From NCBI RefSeq assembly GCF_035656215.1, contig NZ_DASRSY010000318.1:1-61660 (forward strand): a stretch of 61,660 bases of DNA. The letters are read 5' to 3'. Shown here one piece after another: positions 29,709-39,614 of this stretch (position 1 is its first letter; the number at the start of each line of letters is the position of its first letter). The notes under the pieces are model-generated. The model was given only the letters and a program-made list of their open reading frames with translations, did no database searches and had not been told where the DNA came from. A program made the position numbers and the translations under genes. The DNA is from Paraburkholderia sp. (lineage in GTDB: Bacteria; Pseudomonadota; Gammaproteobacteria; Burkholderiales; Burkholderiaceae).

Positions 29709-30515
29709 TCACTTCCGCCTCAGCGCTTCGGCCGCCATTCTGCCGACGTCTATGTCGATGTCCGGCGTCTCGCCCGTTTCGAGAATCCACGCCGCGGACA
29801 AACCCGACCACGCGAGAATCCATTGCAGCAAACGGCGTCTGTCGAGTCCGGCGATCTGCGCCACCCGTTCGACGCGACGCTCGAACCGTCCCGGCACCAG
29901 CGCGGACGCCTGGTCGGGATTGCAAAAGATGTTCGCGTAGTCGAAACCGCGTTCGCCGTACAGACCTTTCGGGTCGATCACCAGCCATCCACGCGCGCCG
30001 AAATCGAGTACGTTGCCGTGATGAATATCGCCGTGCAGCACGACCGGGTCTTGCGATGCCGCGAGCAGTGCTTGTGCTGCTGCGGCACTCTCGGCAAACC
30101 AGCCGCCGTATCGCTCCGCTGCGGGCCAGAGACTCTGGAACCAGCGCGACAAGCCGATCAGTTCTGGCAGCGGTTTGTTTCGCGATGCGTGGAGTCGTGC
30201 AGCGGCGGCGCAGAGGATGTCGATAGCGTAGTCATCAGCGTTGTTGTCGCCCGTGCGGGCCTGGTCTACTAGCGAGTGATTGCTTTGGGCGCGCTCCAGC
30301 AGCAGGGCGTCGGCATCATGGGCGAGCACGCGGGCCGCGCCGTCGCCGTCCCACCACACCATCAACTGCGCGCCGAATTTCTCTTCGGGTTCCCGCGCAA
30401 CTTTCAGCATCGCGGCGACGCCATGCTGGCGCACCGGCAACAGACGGCTGCTATGCGTGCGAATCGGCTCGCCATCCGGCAGCAAATTCCACTTGACGAT
30501 GTATTCGGCGAACAT
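29709..30515 (-). CDS. APH(6)-family aminoglycoside/hydroxyurea phosphotransferase (StrB-like)
   Basis: AMLKV, WWDGDGAARV, LHGDIHHGNVLD and IDPKGL motifs. Confidence 0.85.
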   Translation of the reverse strand: MFAEYIVKWNLLPDGEPIRTHSSRLLPVRQHGVAAMLKVAREPEEKFGAQLMVWWDGDGAARVLAHDADALLLERAQSNHSLVDQARTGDNNADDYAIDILCAAAARLHASRNKPLPELIGLSRWFQSLWPAAERYGGWFAESAAAAQALLAASQDPVVLHGDIHHGNVLDFGARGWLVIDPKGLYGERGFDYANIFCNPDQASALVPGRFERRVERVAQIAGLDRRRLLQWILAWSGLSAAWILETGETPDIDIDVGRMAAEALRRK

Positions 30516-30519
30516 GGCT

Positions 30520-31176
30520 TCAGACTGCGAGCCTGGCCGCCTGGACTGCGGCGGCGAGGGCGATGGCCGGTGGGGTCAGCGGTCTCGCCGCGCCTGTGAC
30601 CAACAGGGCCGCGCCGGCCATCGATGTTTGTGCAAACACCACGACGTCCGCGCCGTTTTCGTAGGCCGCATCCGCGGCGGCGGCGATCAGGGACAGATAG
30701 CCCGCCGTGTCGTCGGCTTTGAAACGTTTCCAAGCGCCGCTAACCAACTGAACCCCGACCTCCGCGGCGGTACGCGCGGCGGCTTGAGCGAACAAGTTGG
30801 TGGTCGGGATGAGTGTCGTGGATACGGTACATAGCACGACAACCTTGCCGCCGCCTTCTACCGCGCGCTGAGCCAACGCGGCGTCGGCACGCAAAACGGG
30901 CACCGGTGCCGCTTGCGCGGCAAGGGCGTCGTCGATAGATGGGCCGAGCGTCGAACAATTGAGCAACACAGCGTCTGCGTTGTCCTTCAGCGCGAGGAGC
31001 ACCTCGCGGGTTTGCGCTGCGATCGCATCGGTCAAGCCGCCGGCCTGTTCAGCAGCAGCGAGCAAGTCAGCCCGGACCACATGGGTCAATTCGAGCACCT
31101 CGAATTCCGCGGCACGAGCGGCTGCTTCGAACAAGGCGATATTGCTGTCAGCGGTATGCAGGCAGACGATGCGCAC
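30520..31176 (-). CDS. Asp/Glu/hydantoin racemase-like protein
   Basis: CLHT, LLNCSTLG and FAQTSMA motifs; GTG start after GGAG. Confidence 0.7.
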   Translation of the reverse strand: MRIVCLHTADSNIALFEAAARAAEFEVLELTHVVRADLLAAAEQAGGLTDAIAAQTREVLLALKDNADAVLLNCSTLGPSIDDALAAQAAPVPVLRADAALAQRAVEGGGKVVVLCTVSTTLIPTTNLFAQAAARTAAEVGVQLVSGAWKRFKADDTAGYLSLIAAAADAAYENGADVVVFAQTSMAGAALLVTGAARPLTPPAIALAAAVQAARLAV

Positions 31177-31301
31177 AATCTCTCCAGCGGTTTGCGGTGG
31201 TCTTGCATTCTCGCCCAAAAACGGCGCGCAAGTGTGCGCCTCACTCGTTTTGCGTGTCCCCGCTACAATCTGCCTGATCCATTCGAAGCGGAAAAGCACG
31301 T

Positions 31302-31886
31302 ATGAAAATCACACGAGAACCTGTGGCGTTGTCGCGGGCGACGCAGTTACTGAATCATGGCCCCGTCACGATCATCACCAGCGCGCATGGCGGCCGTTCG
31401 AACGTGATGGCGGCATCGTGGGCGATGCCGCTCGATTTCACCCCGCCGAAAGTCGTCGTGGTAGTGGACAGCCGCACCCTCACGCGGCAACTGATCGAAG
31501 CGAGCGGCGTGTTCGGACTGCAACTGCCGAGCCGCGGGTTCGCTGCGCAGACGCTGGCGGTGGGCTCGAACGCAGGCGCTGAAATCGACAAGTTTTCGGC
31601 CTTTGGACTCGAGACGTTCCCTGCACAAGAAATCGATGTGCCGATGCTAGCCGGCTGTATCACGTGGATGGAATGCAAGGTCATTCCGGACGATAGCCAA
31701 CGGCACGATCTGATCATCGGCGAAGTGGTCGCCGCATATGCGGATAGCCGTGTGTATTCGAACAATCGCTGGCACTTCGGCGACGACCCTGACCTGCGCA
31801 CGTGCCATTACGTGGCGGGCGGGACGTTCTTCGCCACCGGCGCCGCGTTTGAGGTTGACCCGGTCGTGAACGGGGCGGCAGATTAA
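31302..31886 (+). CDS. Flavin reductase-like FMN-binding protein
   Basis: LLNHGP, NVMAASW, ECKV and HDLIIGEV motifs. Confidence 0.85.
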   Translation: MKITREPVALSRATQLLNHGPVTIITSAHGGRSNVMAASWAMPLDFTPPKVVVVVDSRTLTRQLIEASGVFGLQLPSRGFAAQTLAVGSNAGAEIDKFSAFGLETFPAQEIDVPMLAGCITWMECKVIPDDSQRHDLIIGEVVAAYADSRVYSNNRWHFGDDPDLRTCHYVAGGTFFATGAAFEVDPVVNGAAD

Positions 31887-31954
31887 TGGGTCAGTGATGG
31901 CACGCCAGCATTTTGCGAATGCCCGCTATGTTTCTGTTCGAGGGCGAGCGTGTC

Positions 31955-32440
31955 TCACGCATTGCCGTCGGCAAACGCCGTGAGTGCCTTGCCCGCCAGC
32001 CGGTAGCGAACCCATTCGCTTTGCGCGCTCGCGCCGATCGATTCGTAGAAGCCGATTGCCGGCTCGTTCCAGTCGAGTACGCTCCATTCGAAGCGCCCAC
32101 AGCCTGTTTCGCATGCAATTTGTGCGAGGTGGCGAAGCATCTGTTTGCCCGCGCCACTGCCGCGCGATGTCGGCGATATGTACAGGTCTTCCAGATAAAG
32201 CCCCTGTTTGCCGAGCCACGTCGAATAAGAAAAGAAGTAAACGCAGAAGCCGATCGGCTCGCCGTTCATTTCGCAGATCAAAGCCTTCGCGGTGGACGTA
32301 GCGGCGAACAGGCTCGTTTCGATGTCGCTAACGGTAGCGACAACTTCACGCTCCGCTTTTTCATACACGGCAAGTTCGGTGATGAAGCGGAGAATCAAGG
32401 CGGCGTCGGGCGCGTGGGCGGGGCGGATGTGGATGGTCAA
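31955..32440 (-). CDS. GNAT acetyltransferase (polyamine acetyltransferase-like)
   Basis: ELAVYEK, YSTWLGKQGLYLEDLY and WSVLDWNEPAIGFY motifs. Confidence 0.88.
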   Translation of the reverse strand: MTIHIRPAHAPDAALILRFITELAVYEKAEREVVATVSDIETSLFAATSTAKALICEMNGEPIGFCVYFFSYSTWLGKQGLYLEDLYISPTSRGSGAGKQMLRHLAQIACETGCGRFEWSVLDWNEPAIGFYESIGASAQSEWVRYRLAGKALTAFADGNA

Positions 32441-32594
32441 GATGAGGTGCTCGGTCGGTTTATGTTGGGGATCGAAGTTTAGCGAGTACGCGTAAGCGTC
32501 GGATCAAACATGCTTCGTATCGTTTATTCTACTGCCCTGGCCGGCTAGCGCCGCCACCGTACGATATCAAGCAACCCAACGCGTGAGGTTTTCC

Positions 32595-32990
32595 ATGAAG
32601 CGAGCGTCGATTCTGGCCGTGTCATGTCTCTGGTTGAGCATCCACGCGCACGCCGAAACCATCGATTGCAAGAATGCATCCGACCAATACTCGCTCAACC
32701 ATTGCGCCGACCTCGACTACCAGTCGGCCGACAAAAAACTGAACGAGACCTACAGCAAGCTGCTGAAAAAGGTCAGCCCGCAAGGCAAACCGCGTTTGCA
32801 GAAGGCCGAGCGCGCGTGGGTCGCCTATCGCGACGCGCAATGCGAGTTCCTGACTTCGTCGCCGACACCCTACAGCGCCCAGCCGATGATTCATGCGTAC
32901 TGCCTGAGCCGCCTCACAGAAGCACAAACCAAGCTATTAGACGAACAATTGCACTGCGCAGAAGGCGACATCGGCTGCGGCCAGCAATAA
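32595..32990 (+). CDS. LprI/DUF1311 lysozyme inhibitor-like secreted protein
   Basis: Signal peptide; C...ADKKLNETY...AERAWVAYRDAQC...C pattern. Confidence 0.82.
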   Translation: MKRASILAVSCLWLSIHAHAETIDCKNASDQYSLNHCADLDYQSADKKLNETYSKLLKKVSPQGKPRLQKAERAWVAYRDAQCEFLTSSPTPYSAQPMIHAYCLSRLTEAQTKLLDEQLHCAEGDIGCGQQ

Positions 32991-33057
32991 CAGCGCGCAC
33001 ATGCAATCGTCGAAATTACGATTGACGTCCCTTCGCAAAATCGTTTACTGTCGATCC

Positions 33058-33144
33058 ATGGACTTCCACTCGATTCCCTTCGCTGCCGTCACCACCGCGA
33101 CGACCACCTTCACAGGCGGGTCGTCTGGAGGTTGCGCACGCTAG
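33058..33144 (+). CDS. Thr-rich attenuator leader peptide MDFHSIPFAAVTTATTTFTGGSSGGCAR
   Basis: Six Thr in eight codons, directly upstream of a hairpin and thrS. TTGACG (33022-27) and TACTGT (33046-51) form a promoter just upstream. Confidence 0.85.
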   Translation: MDFHSIPFAAVTTATTTFTGGSSGGCAR

Positions 33145-33167
33145 AAGTACGAAGCAGTGGCAGACCA

Positions 33168-33208
33168 CCAAAGGCCCCGCCGGAAACGGACGGGGCCTTT
33201 GGCGTTTC
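33168..33208 (+). terminator. Attenuator hairpin upstream of thrS
   Basis: CCAAAGGCCCCG/CGGGGCCTTTGG stem followed by CGTTTC. Leader GGCGGG (33115-20) can pair with CCCGCC (33176-81) as an alternative fold. Confidence 0.75.
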
Positions 33209-33270
33209 TGGACCTCCGTTTGCGGCATCGATCCGCAGTATCTGCACATCAAATCAAACGGAGCGTCATC

Positions 33271-34485
33271 GTGAACGACATCGATCATCGTGTACTGGGC
33301 AACAAACTCGACCTCTTCCATCAGCAGGAAGAAGGCGCCGGCATGGTTTTCTGGCACCCGCGCGGCTGGGAGTTGTACCGCGTGCTGGAAGACTACATTC
33401 GCGCCCGCATGCGGCGCGCGGGCTTTCGCGAGATCCGTACGCCGCAATTGCTGGCGCGTTCGCTGTGGGAGAAAAGCGGCCATTGGGAGAAGTTTGGCGC
33501 GGCGATGTATTCACTGGCCGACGCGGAAGAAGGCCGCGCGCTGTGTTTGAAGCCGATGAGTTGTCCGTGTCACGTGCAGGTGTTCAACCAGCGCGTGCGG
33601 TCGTATCGCGAGTTACCGGTTCGTTATAGCGAATTCGGCGCGTGTCATCGTGACGAACCTTCGGGGTCGCTTGAAGGGCTCAAGCGTACGCGTTCTTTCG
33701 TGCAGGACGACGCGCATGTGTTCTGCACGGAGGCGCATATCGAAGCTGAAGTCGGCCGCTTCTGTTCGCTGTTGCGTGCTGTCTATGCGGACCTCGGTTT
33801 CCCCGATTTCAAGGTAGCGCTGGCCACGCGGCCCGCCATGCGTGCGGGCAACGATCAAACGTGGGATCGCGCGGAAGAAGCGCTGGCAAATGCCGCGCGC
33901 GCGGCGGGTCTCGAATTCGACGTACTCGAAGGAGAGGGCGCTTTTTACGGCCCGAAACTGGAGTTTCATCTAACGGACAGCCGCGAACGCAGTTGGCAAT
34001 GCGGCACGATCCAGCTCGATTTCGTGCTACCCGAGCGGCTCGACGCGGAGTTCGTCAACGAGCGCAACGAACGCGAGGGGCCGGTCATGATTCATCACGC
34101 GGTGCTCGGCAGCATGGAGCGTTTCATCGCGATGCTGCTCGAACATCACGAAGGATGGTTGCCGGTATGGCTCGCGCCGGAGCAAGTCGTGGTTGCGACG
34201 ATCAGCGATGCGAACGCGGCCTACGCGCTTGAGGTGATGCAGGCGCTGGACGACGCCGGCATCAGAGCGCTGCTCGACAGCAGGCCGGAGCGGCTGCAAA
34301 AGAAGATCGTCGACGCACGCGAAAAGCAGGTGCCGATTTTGGTCGCGGTGGGGTCGCGCGATGAGCGCGAGCGGACGATCAGCATTCGCATGCGCGACGG
34401 GCAGCAATCGACGCTTCCACTCGCGGCGGGTGTCGAACATTTGCGACTGGCTGCGCAGCCGCCTCCTTTGCGATCCGGTCTATAG
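33271..34485 (+). CDS. thrS: Threonine--tRNA ligase lacking N-terminal TGS/editing domains
   Basis: Starts at DHRVLG; KPMSCP, QDDAH, GAFYGPK, WQCGTIQLDF, HHAVLGSMERF and WLAPEQV motifs. 404 aa, GTG start after GGAG. Confidence 0.92.
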   Translation: MNDIDHRVLGNKLDLFHQQEEGAGMVFWHPRGWELYRVLEDYIRARMRRAGFREIRTPQLLARSLWEKSGHWEKFGAAMYSLADAEEGRALCLKPMSCPCHVQVFNQRVRSYRELPVRYSEFGACHRDEPSGSLEGLKRTRSFVQDDAHVFCTEAHIEAEVGRFCSLLRAVYADLGFPDFKVALATRPAMRAGNDQTWDRAEEALANAARAAGLEFDVLEGEGAFYGPKLEFHLTDSRERSWQCGTIQLDFVLPERLDAEFVNERNEREGPVMIHHAVLGSMERFIAMLLEHHEGWLPVWLAPEQVVVATISDANAAYALEVMQALDDAGIRALLDSRPERLQKKIVDAREKQVPILVAVGSRDERERTISIRMRDGQQSTLPLAAGVEHLRLAAQPPPLRSGL

Positions 34486-34503
34486 CGCGAGCGTGCCGTC
34501 TTC

Positions 34504-34626
34504 CTAAATCTCCAGCACGCCCGCCGCCATAAAGCCGCCGTCCACCGGCACCGTCTGGCCGTTCACATACGACGCCTGCTCGGAGCACAGGAATTGGACC
34601 ACGGCGCCGATTTCCGCGGGGACGCC
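34504..34626 (-). pseudogene. 3' remnant of an SDR oxidoreductase gene
   Basis: Reads GVPAEIGAVVQFLCSEQASYVNGQTVPVDGGFMAAGVLEI*, a classical SDR C-terminus. No 5' part is present. Confidence 0.75.
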
Positions 34627-34698
34627 GGCACCGCAGACAGACGGCGGTGGACCCCGACGAAGACTGCGAGAATCGCCGCGACCTGTGATCTCTTGACG

Positions 34699-35430
34699 TT
34701 ATGCCACGTTGGTAAACAAGCTGCCCCAGCTTGCCAATGGCTTCGTATCCACCCCAAGCATTCTTAAAGACTTCCAAACGACGGTGGCTACCGTGTCATA
34801 GGCCGGAATATCGGTGGCCATTTCGAACGCCCGCACCAGATGTGCAGCATGCAGATTCGTGCAGAACGTCGTCACCGCATCCGGCCTTGCGAACGCAGCT
34901 TCACGCATCATGATCGCCAATTGCGTGTCCGGCACCTCGGCAAAACTGAAATTGTCCTGCAAGCCAAGGTGTCGTTCCGAAACGCATTCGATGCCGAGCT
35001 TCTCGTAGTTGCGCACGATCCGTTGCTGAACGTCGTCGATATACGGCGACACCAAACCCAAGCGCCGCACTCCCGTTTTCGCGAAGATTTCGTTGAGCGC
35101 CAGCACCGAGGTCGTCGCGGGAATACCCGTCTCCTCGGTGATCTGGCGGCACAACGTCTGGTCGTGCTCGAAGCCGAGCCAGCCGGCCGATGTGCCACTC
35201 CAGCCGATCACATCCACACACGCATCGGCCAGTTGACGCGCCGCAGCCAGAATCCGGCTCGCGTCGAACTGACCGAGCGCCTGCTCCGATAGCGCGATCT
35301 CCGTCACGGTGAAACGCGCAAAGTGCGCGCTAACGTGTGGCAATTCGCTTAGCATCGCCGAGGTCATCGGCTCCAAGGCTGTATTCGACGATGGTGTGAG
35401 AATACCGAGCCGGATTCTTCTTTGTTGCAT
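34699..35430 (-). CDS. Maleate isomerase / arylmalonate decarboxylase (Asp/Glu racemase superfamily) protein
   Basis: GILTPSSNTALE, HFARF, WSGTS, VSPY and FCTNL motifs. Confidence 0.85.
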   Translation of the reverse strand: MQQRRIRLGILTPSSNTALEPMTSAMLSELPHVSAHFARFTVTEIALSEQALGQFDASRILAAARQLADACVDVIGWSGTSAGWLGFEHDQTLCRQITEETGIPATTSVLALNEIFAKTGVRRLGLVSPYIDDVQQRIVRNYEKLGIECVSERHLGLQDNFSFAEVPDTQLAIMMREAAFARPDAVTTFCTNLHAAHLVRAFEMATDIPAYDTVATVVWKSLRMLGVDTKPLASWGSLFTNVA

Positions 35431-35460
35431 CGGGGCGTATCCCTTGGGTGCTTGGGTGAT

Positions 35461-36855
35461 TTAATCGGCGAGAAGCTGCTTCACACCCTCGGCCGCTTCA
35501 TAACGAAGCTGTTCGAGATCGAGACCGGGAATCACACCGTTGTCCACCACCACGCGGCCATTCACCACGTTGTAGCGCACACGCGTGGGTTCGCCTGCTG
35601 CCACCGGCGCCACCGCCACATCGTGGAAGCCGTTGAAGCGCAGATCGCTGACGTCGTAAAGCACGAAATCCGCTGCCTTGCCGACTTCGAGCGTACCGAC
35701 CGCATCCAGACCGAGCACGCCTGCGCCACCCGCGCTGCCCCAATGAATGATCTCTTCGACGGTGGTCGCCGACGCACCTTGCGCCGCGCGATGCACTAAC
35801 CATGCGAAGTGCGCTTCATTGGTCATGCTGCCGGATTCGTTCGAGGCGACACCATCTACAGCCAGCGACATCGGCACACCTGCTGCCGCCATCTGCGGTG
35901 CGGGCGCAATGCCGCTGCCGAGCCGCGCATTGCTCACTGGACAGTGCGAGCAACCGCTACCGGTCTCCGCAAGCATCGCGATTTCGCTCGGCTGCAGATG
36001 CACGAGGTGAGCGAACCAGACATCCGGCCCAAGCCATTCGTGATCGGCAACGAACTCGACCGGCAGTTGATTGAAGCGCTCCTTGCAGAAGTCGACGTAG
36101 CGAGTCGTTTCAGAGAGATGCGTGTGCAGCCTCAAGCCCATGCGACGCGCCGCGCGTGCGACTTCCGGCAGCAGTTCTGGCGGCAGAGAAAACGTCGGCG
36201 TAGTGGGCGCCACGACGACGCGACGCATCGAAGCATCGCCTGAATCGTGATAGCGAGACTTCAGGCGTTCGATATCCGCGAGCATCTGATCAAGTGTCTC
36301 GGGTTTCAAAGCCACTTTGGAAAATCCCGGATGATCGCCCGCCGCTTGCAAGGCACCGCCACGGCACAGCACGAAACGCATGCCGAACGAAGCCGCTTCA
36401 TCGAATAGCAGATCGCCTGTTTCGGTGGTGCCGTCCGCGTGATACAGGTAGTGGTGATCGGCACAGGTGGTCACGCCGGACAGAAGCAGTTCGGCAAGAC
36501 CCAAACGTGCGGCGACGCGTGCAAGGTCCGGCGTAAAACGTGCGAGTCGCGGATACGGCACGGCGGCCAGCCATTCCTGCAAATCGGCGTTGATGCCGGA
36601 CGGTACCGCTTTCAGCAGGTTCTGGAACAGATGATGGTGGGTATTCACCCAGCCCGGATAAACAACGCATGAACGCGCGTCGATTACGCGCTCGTCGGCG
36701 CGCGGTTCCAGGTTAGGCGCAATGTTCTCGATACGGCCGTTGCGAATCCGCAGATCGACCTGGCCCAGGCGCGCGCTATTGCCATCTCGGCCGCTTCGGC
36801 CGCTCATCACCGCGACAGGGCTCTTGATCAGCAACGCTTCAGTTTGCATGCTCAC
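35461..36855 (-). CDS. Amidohydrolase, isoxanthopterin/8-oxoguanine deaminase subfamily
   Basis: YPGWVNTHHHLFQ, DHHY, RFVLCRGGA, PETLD...DIERL..RYHD, RRVVVAPTT, LHTHLSE, HCPVSNARLGSG and DGVASNE motifs. Confidence 0.85.
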   Translation of the reverse strand: MSMQTEALLIKSPVAVMSGRSGRDGNSARLGQVDLRIRNGRIENIAPNLEPRADERVIDARSCVVYPGWVNTHHHLFQNLLKAVPSGINADLQEWLAAVPYPRLARFTPDLARVAARLGLAELLLSGVTTCADHHYLYHADGTTETGDLLFDEAASFGMRFVLCRGGALQAAGDHPGFSKVALKPETLDQMLADIERLKSRYHDSGDASMRRVVVAPTTPTFSLPPELLPEVARAARRMGLRLHTHLSETTRYVDFCKERFNQLPVEFVADHEWLGPDVWFAHLVHLQPSEIAMLAETGSGCSHCPVSNARLGSGIAPAPQMAAAGVPMSLAVDGVASNESGSMTNEAHFAWLVHRAAQGASATTVEEIIHWGSAGGAGVLGLDAVGTLEVGKAADFVLYDVSDLRFNGFHDVAVAPVAAGEPTRVRYNVVNGRVVVDNGVIPGLDLEQLRYEAAEGVKQLLAD

Positions 36856-36939
36856 GATTCAATATCCTTTCAGTTACTGCGAAGCGGCCGTCGGTCCAGG
36901 GAGGCGCGACGGCCGCGCTCGTCTTACTGCGTGGGTCGC

Positions 36940-38286
36940 TTATTCACGTACGAGGTTGTGCGTCTCGACGATCTTTTTTTCTTCTTCATGCGCGCCGTTC
37001 AGTACAGCGTTCAGCACGACCGATACCAGGCACGCCAGCACTACACCGCTATGCAGGAAAGGCTGCGTCCAGTCGGGCATGTGCTTGAAGACTTGCGGCG
37101 ACATCACGGGAATCAGCGCGGTGGCGATCGTGAAGCCGACGATCAGCACGTTGTAGCGATTGCGCTCGAAGTCCACCTTTGCCAGCGTCTGCACGCCGGC
37201 CGCCACCACCACGCCGAACATCGCGATACCGGCGCCGCCTAGTGCCGCTGCAGGCGTTGACGCGACCACCGCGCCGAACTTCGGCACCAGCGCCACCACG
37301 CACATCAGCACGCCGCTGATTGCGACCACCCAGCGGCTGCGCACACCCGTCAGGATGACGAGGCCGACGTTCTCCATGAAGACGATGAACGGGAACGCCG
37401 CGAACATGCCGGCAATCGCGCTCGCAAGTCCATTCGCTCGCATTCCACGCACCACGTCTTCCTCGCTTACTTCCTTGCCGACGATGTCACCGATGGCGAC
37501 GAACAGCCCCATCGATTCGACCATCTGCACCACCATCACGACGATCATCGTCAGCACCGGCACCACCGAAAACACGGGCGTACCGAAATGGAACGGCATC
37601 GGCAGCGTGAACCATGGCGCGGCGCCCACGCTCGAGAAGTTACCCATACCGAGCGAGCAGGCGAGAATGCCGCCCGCGATCAAACCGATCAACACCGAGA
37701 GATTGCGCAGAAACGGGCCGGCAAAGCGGTTGATCGCGAGAATCACCAGCGCGACGAACAGCGTGACGCCCAGAAAGGGCGGTGCGCCGAACTGCTGCTG
37801 CGCGGCTTCGCCACCACCGGCCCATTGATACGCAACGGGGAACAGTTGCAGACCAATCACAGTCACGATGCAGCCGGTCACCACAGGTGGGAAGAACCTT
37901 CGTAAGCGTCCGACGAGAGGCGCGGCGAACATCGTGAAGAGACCCGCGCCAATCACTGCGCCACACACGCCGGCAAAGCCGACACCCGGACTCAGGCCGA
38001 TCGCGATGACCGGACCGACGCTGCTGAATGCCACGCCTTGCAGAATCGGCAGACGCACGCCGAATTTCCAGATACCGACGGTCTGCAAGATCGTCGAGAT
38101 GCCTGAACAAAACAGGGCGGTGCTGATCAGCACGGTGGTGTCGGCCGACGACATCTTTAGTGCCGACGCGACGATCAATGGAACAGCAATCGCGCCGATA
38201 TAAGCCACTAGCATGTGCTGCAAACCGAGCGTGATCATCTGGCGCTTCGGCAGAATCCGATCGACGGGATGTATGGCGGTGTTCAT
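36940..38286 (-). CDS. NCS2 nucleobase:cation symporter
   Basis: LGLQH, RLPILQG, FPPVVTG, ESMG and ENVGLV..TGV.SR (NAT signature) motifs. Confidence 0.92.
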   Translation of the reverse strand: MNTAIHPVDRILPKRQMITLGLQHMLVAYIGAIAVPLIVASALKMSSADTTVLISTALFCSGISTILQTVGIWKFGVRLPILQGVAFSSVGPVIAIGLSPGVGFAGVCGAVIGAGLFTMFAAPLVGRLRRFFPPVVTGCIVTVIGLQLFPVAYQWAGGGEAAQQQFGAPPFLGVTLFVALVILAINRFAGPFLRNLSVLIGLIAGGILACSLGMGNFSSVGAAPWFTLPMPFHFGTPVFSVVPVLTMIVVMVVQMVESMGLFVAIGDIVGKEVSEEDVVRGMRANGLASAIAGMFAAFPFIVFMENVGLVILTGVRSRWVVAISGVLMCVVALVPKFGAVVASTPAAALGGAGIAMFGVVVAAGVQTLAKVDFERNRYNVLIVGFTIATALIPVMSPQVFKHMPDWTQPFLHSGVVLACLVSVVLNAVLNGAHEEEKKIVETHNLVRE

Positions 38287-38431
38287 GACGTGTCTCCTGT
38301 GTCGACCGGAGTTGGCGCTTTAGCGCTTACTCCGGTCCCACGCAGATTTCGCTGCGCTTATCGTTTTCGATCGGAGCGCGCCGCACGGCTTTGACGTGCA
38401 GCATCACTTCGCGCGCCGACCGGATCTCCCG

Positions 38432-39547
38432 TCAGGCCGCGACCGGCACGGCAAGACAGGCATGGAAGCGGTCGGTCAGCGCGGCGCGATCGAGATCGCG
38501 TCCGATGAATACAATGCGGCACGAGCGCGGTTCAATGCCCCACACTTGCGCCGCACGCAGTTCGATGACGTTGTGCACGCCCTGCAACACATAGCGATGC
38601 GACTGGCCTTGCACAGCGAGAATGCCTTTCATGCGGAACAGTTTGGCGGCATCGGACTCGCGCAGTTCAGTGAGCCAGGCTTGCAGCGCATCGAGATCGA
38701 TGTCCGCATCGACTTCGATTCCGACTGAGGACACGCTTTCGTCGTGCTGGTGGTCGGTGTGATCGTCGTCATGATGGGCGTGTTCATGATCGTGATGGGC
38801 TTCGTGCTCGTCGTGGTGCTGATGCTCGTGCTCGTTGGCGTGCGAATGCTCTTCTTCATGGAGGCCGTCGGTCTCGACCAGAATCTGTGAGAACTCATTC
38901 GCGCCTACGCCGAGAATCCTGTCGAGGTCGATCTGTGCGTAGCTTGATTCGACGATCTCCGCCGTGGCGTTCAACCCGCGAATGCGTTGCGTCAGTGAGG
39001 CGATATCTTCTGCAGTCACCAGATCGACCTTATTGATCACAATACGGTCCGCACAAACGATCTGATCGACCGCCTGGTTATCGCTACCGTCGAGTATCAG
39101 ATCGTCCAGGTGCGCAGCGATATGCTTCGCATCCACCATCGTGACGACGGCGTCCAGCGTCACCTGTTTCGCGATCGGATCGTCGAGGAAGAAAGTCTGT
39201 GCGACCGGATACGGATCGGCGAGCCCGCTCGTTTCAACAATGATGTGATCGAGCCGGTCCGGCCTTTCCACCAGCATGCGCACGATGCGCACCAGGTCTT
39301 CGCGCACCGCGCCGACGCAGCACACGCAACCATTCGTCATTTCGTAGATCTCTTCGGTCGATTCGAGCACCAGACCACCGTCGATGCCAATTTCGCCGAA
39401 CTCGTTTTCGATCACCGCGATCTTGCGCCCGTGCTTCTCGCGCAGGATGTAGTTGAGCAGCGTCGTTTTGCCGGCGCCGAGAAAGCCGGTCAGCACAGTG
39501 ACAGGGATTTTCTCGATTTCGTTGTGGGTGGTGTGAATGTGATTCAT
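38432..39547 (-). CDS. CobW/COG0523 metallochaperone GTPase
   Basis: [29 protein letters not shown] and NKVD motifs; long His-rich insert. Confidence 0.93.
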   Translation of the reverse strand: MNHIHTTHNEIEKIPVTVLTGFLGAGKTTLLNYILREKHGRKIAVIENEFGEIGIDGGLVLESTEEIYEMTNGCVCCVGAVREDLVRIVRMLVERPDRLDHIIVETSGLADPYPVAQTFFLDDPIAKQVTLDAVVTMVDAKHIAAHLDDLILDGSDNQAVDQIVCADRIVINKVDLVTAEDIASLTQRIRGLNATAEIVESSYAQIDLDRILGVGANEFSQILVETDGLHEEEHSHANEHEHQHHDEHEAHHDHEHAHHDDDHTDHQHDESVSSVGIEVDADIDLDALQAWLTELRESDAAKLFRMKGILAVQGQSHRYVLQGVHNVIELRAAQVWGIEPRSCRIVFIGRDLDRAALTDRFHACLAVPVAA

Positions 39548-39614
39548 GGCTCGTCTCCGTTTCTTCGTTCGTACTGCGGTTCGTGCGATTCGTGCGGTTG
39601 TTGCGGTTCGGCTT

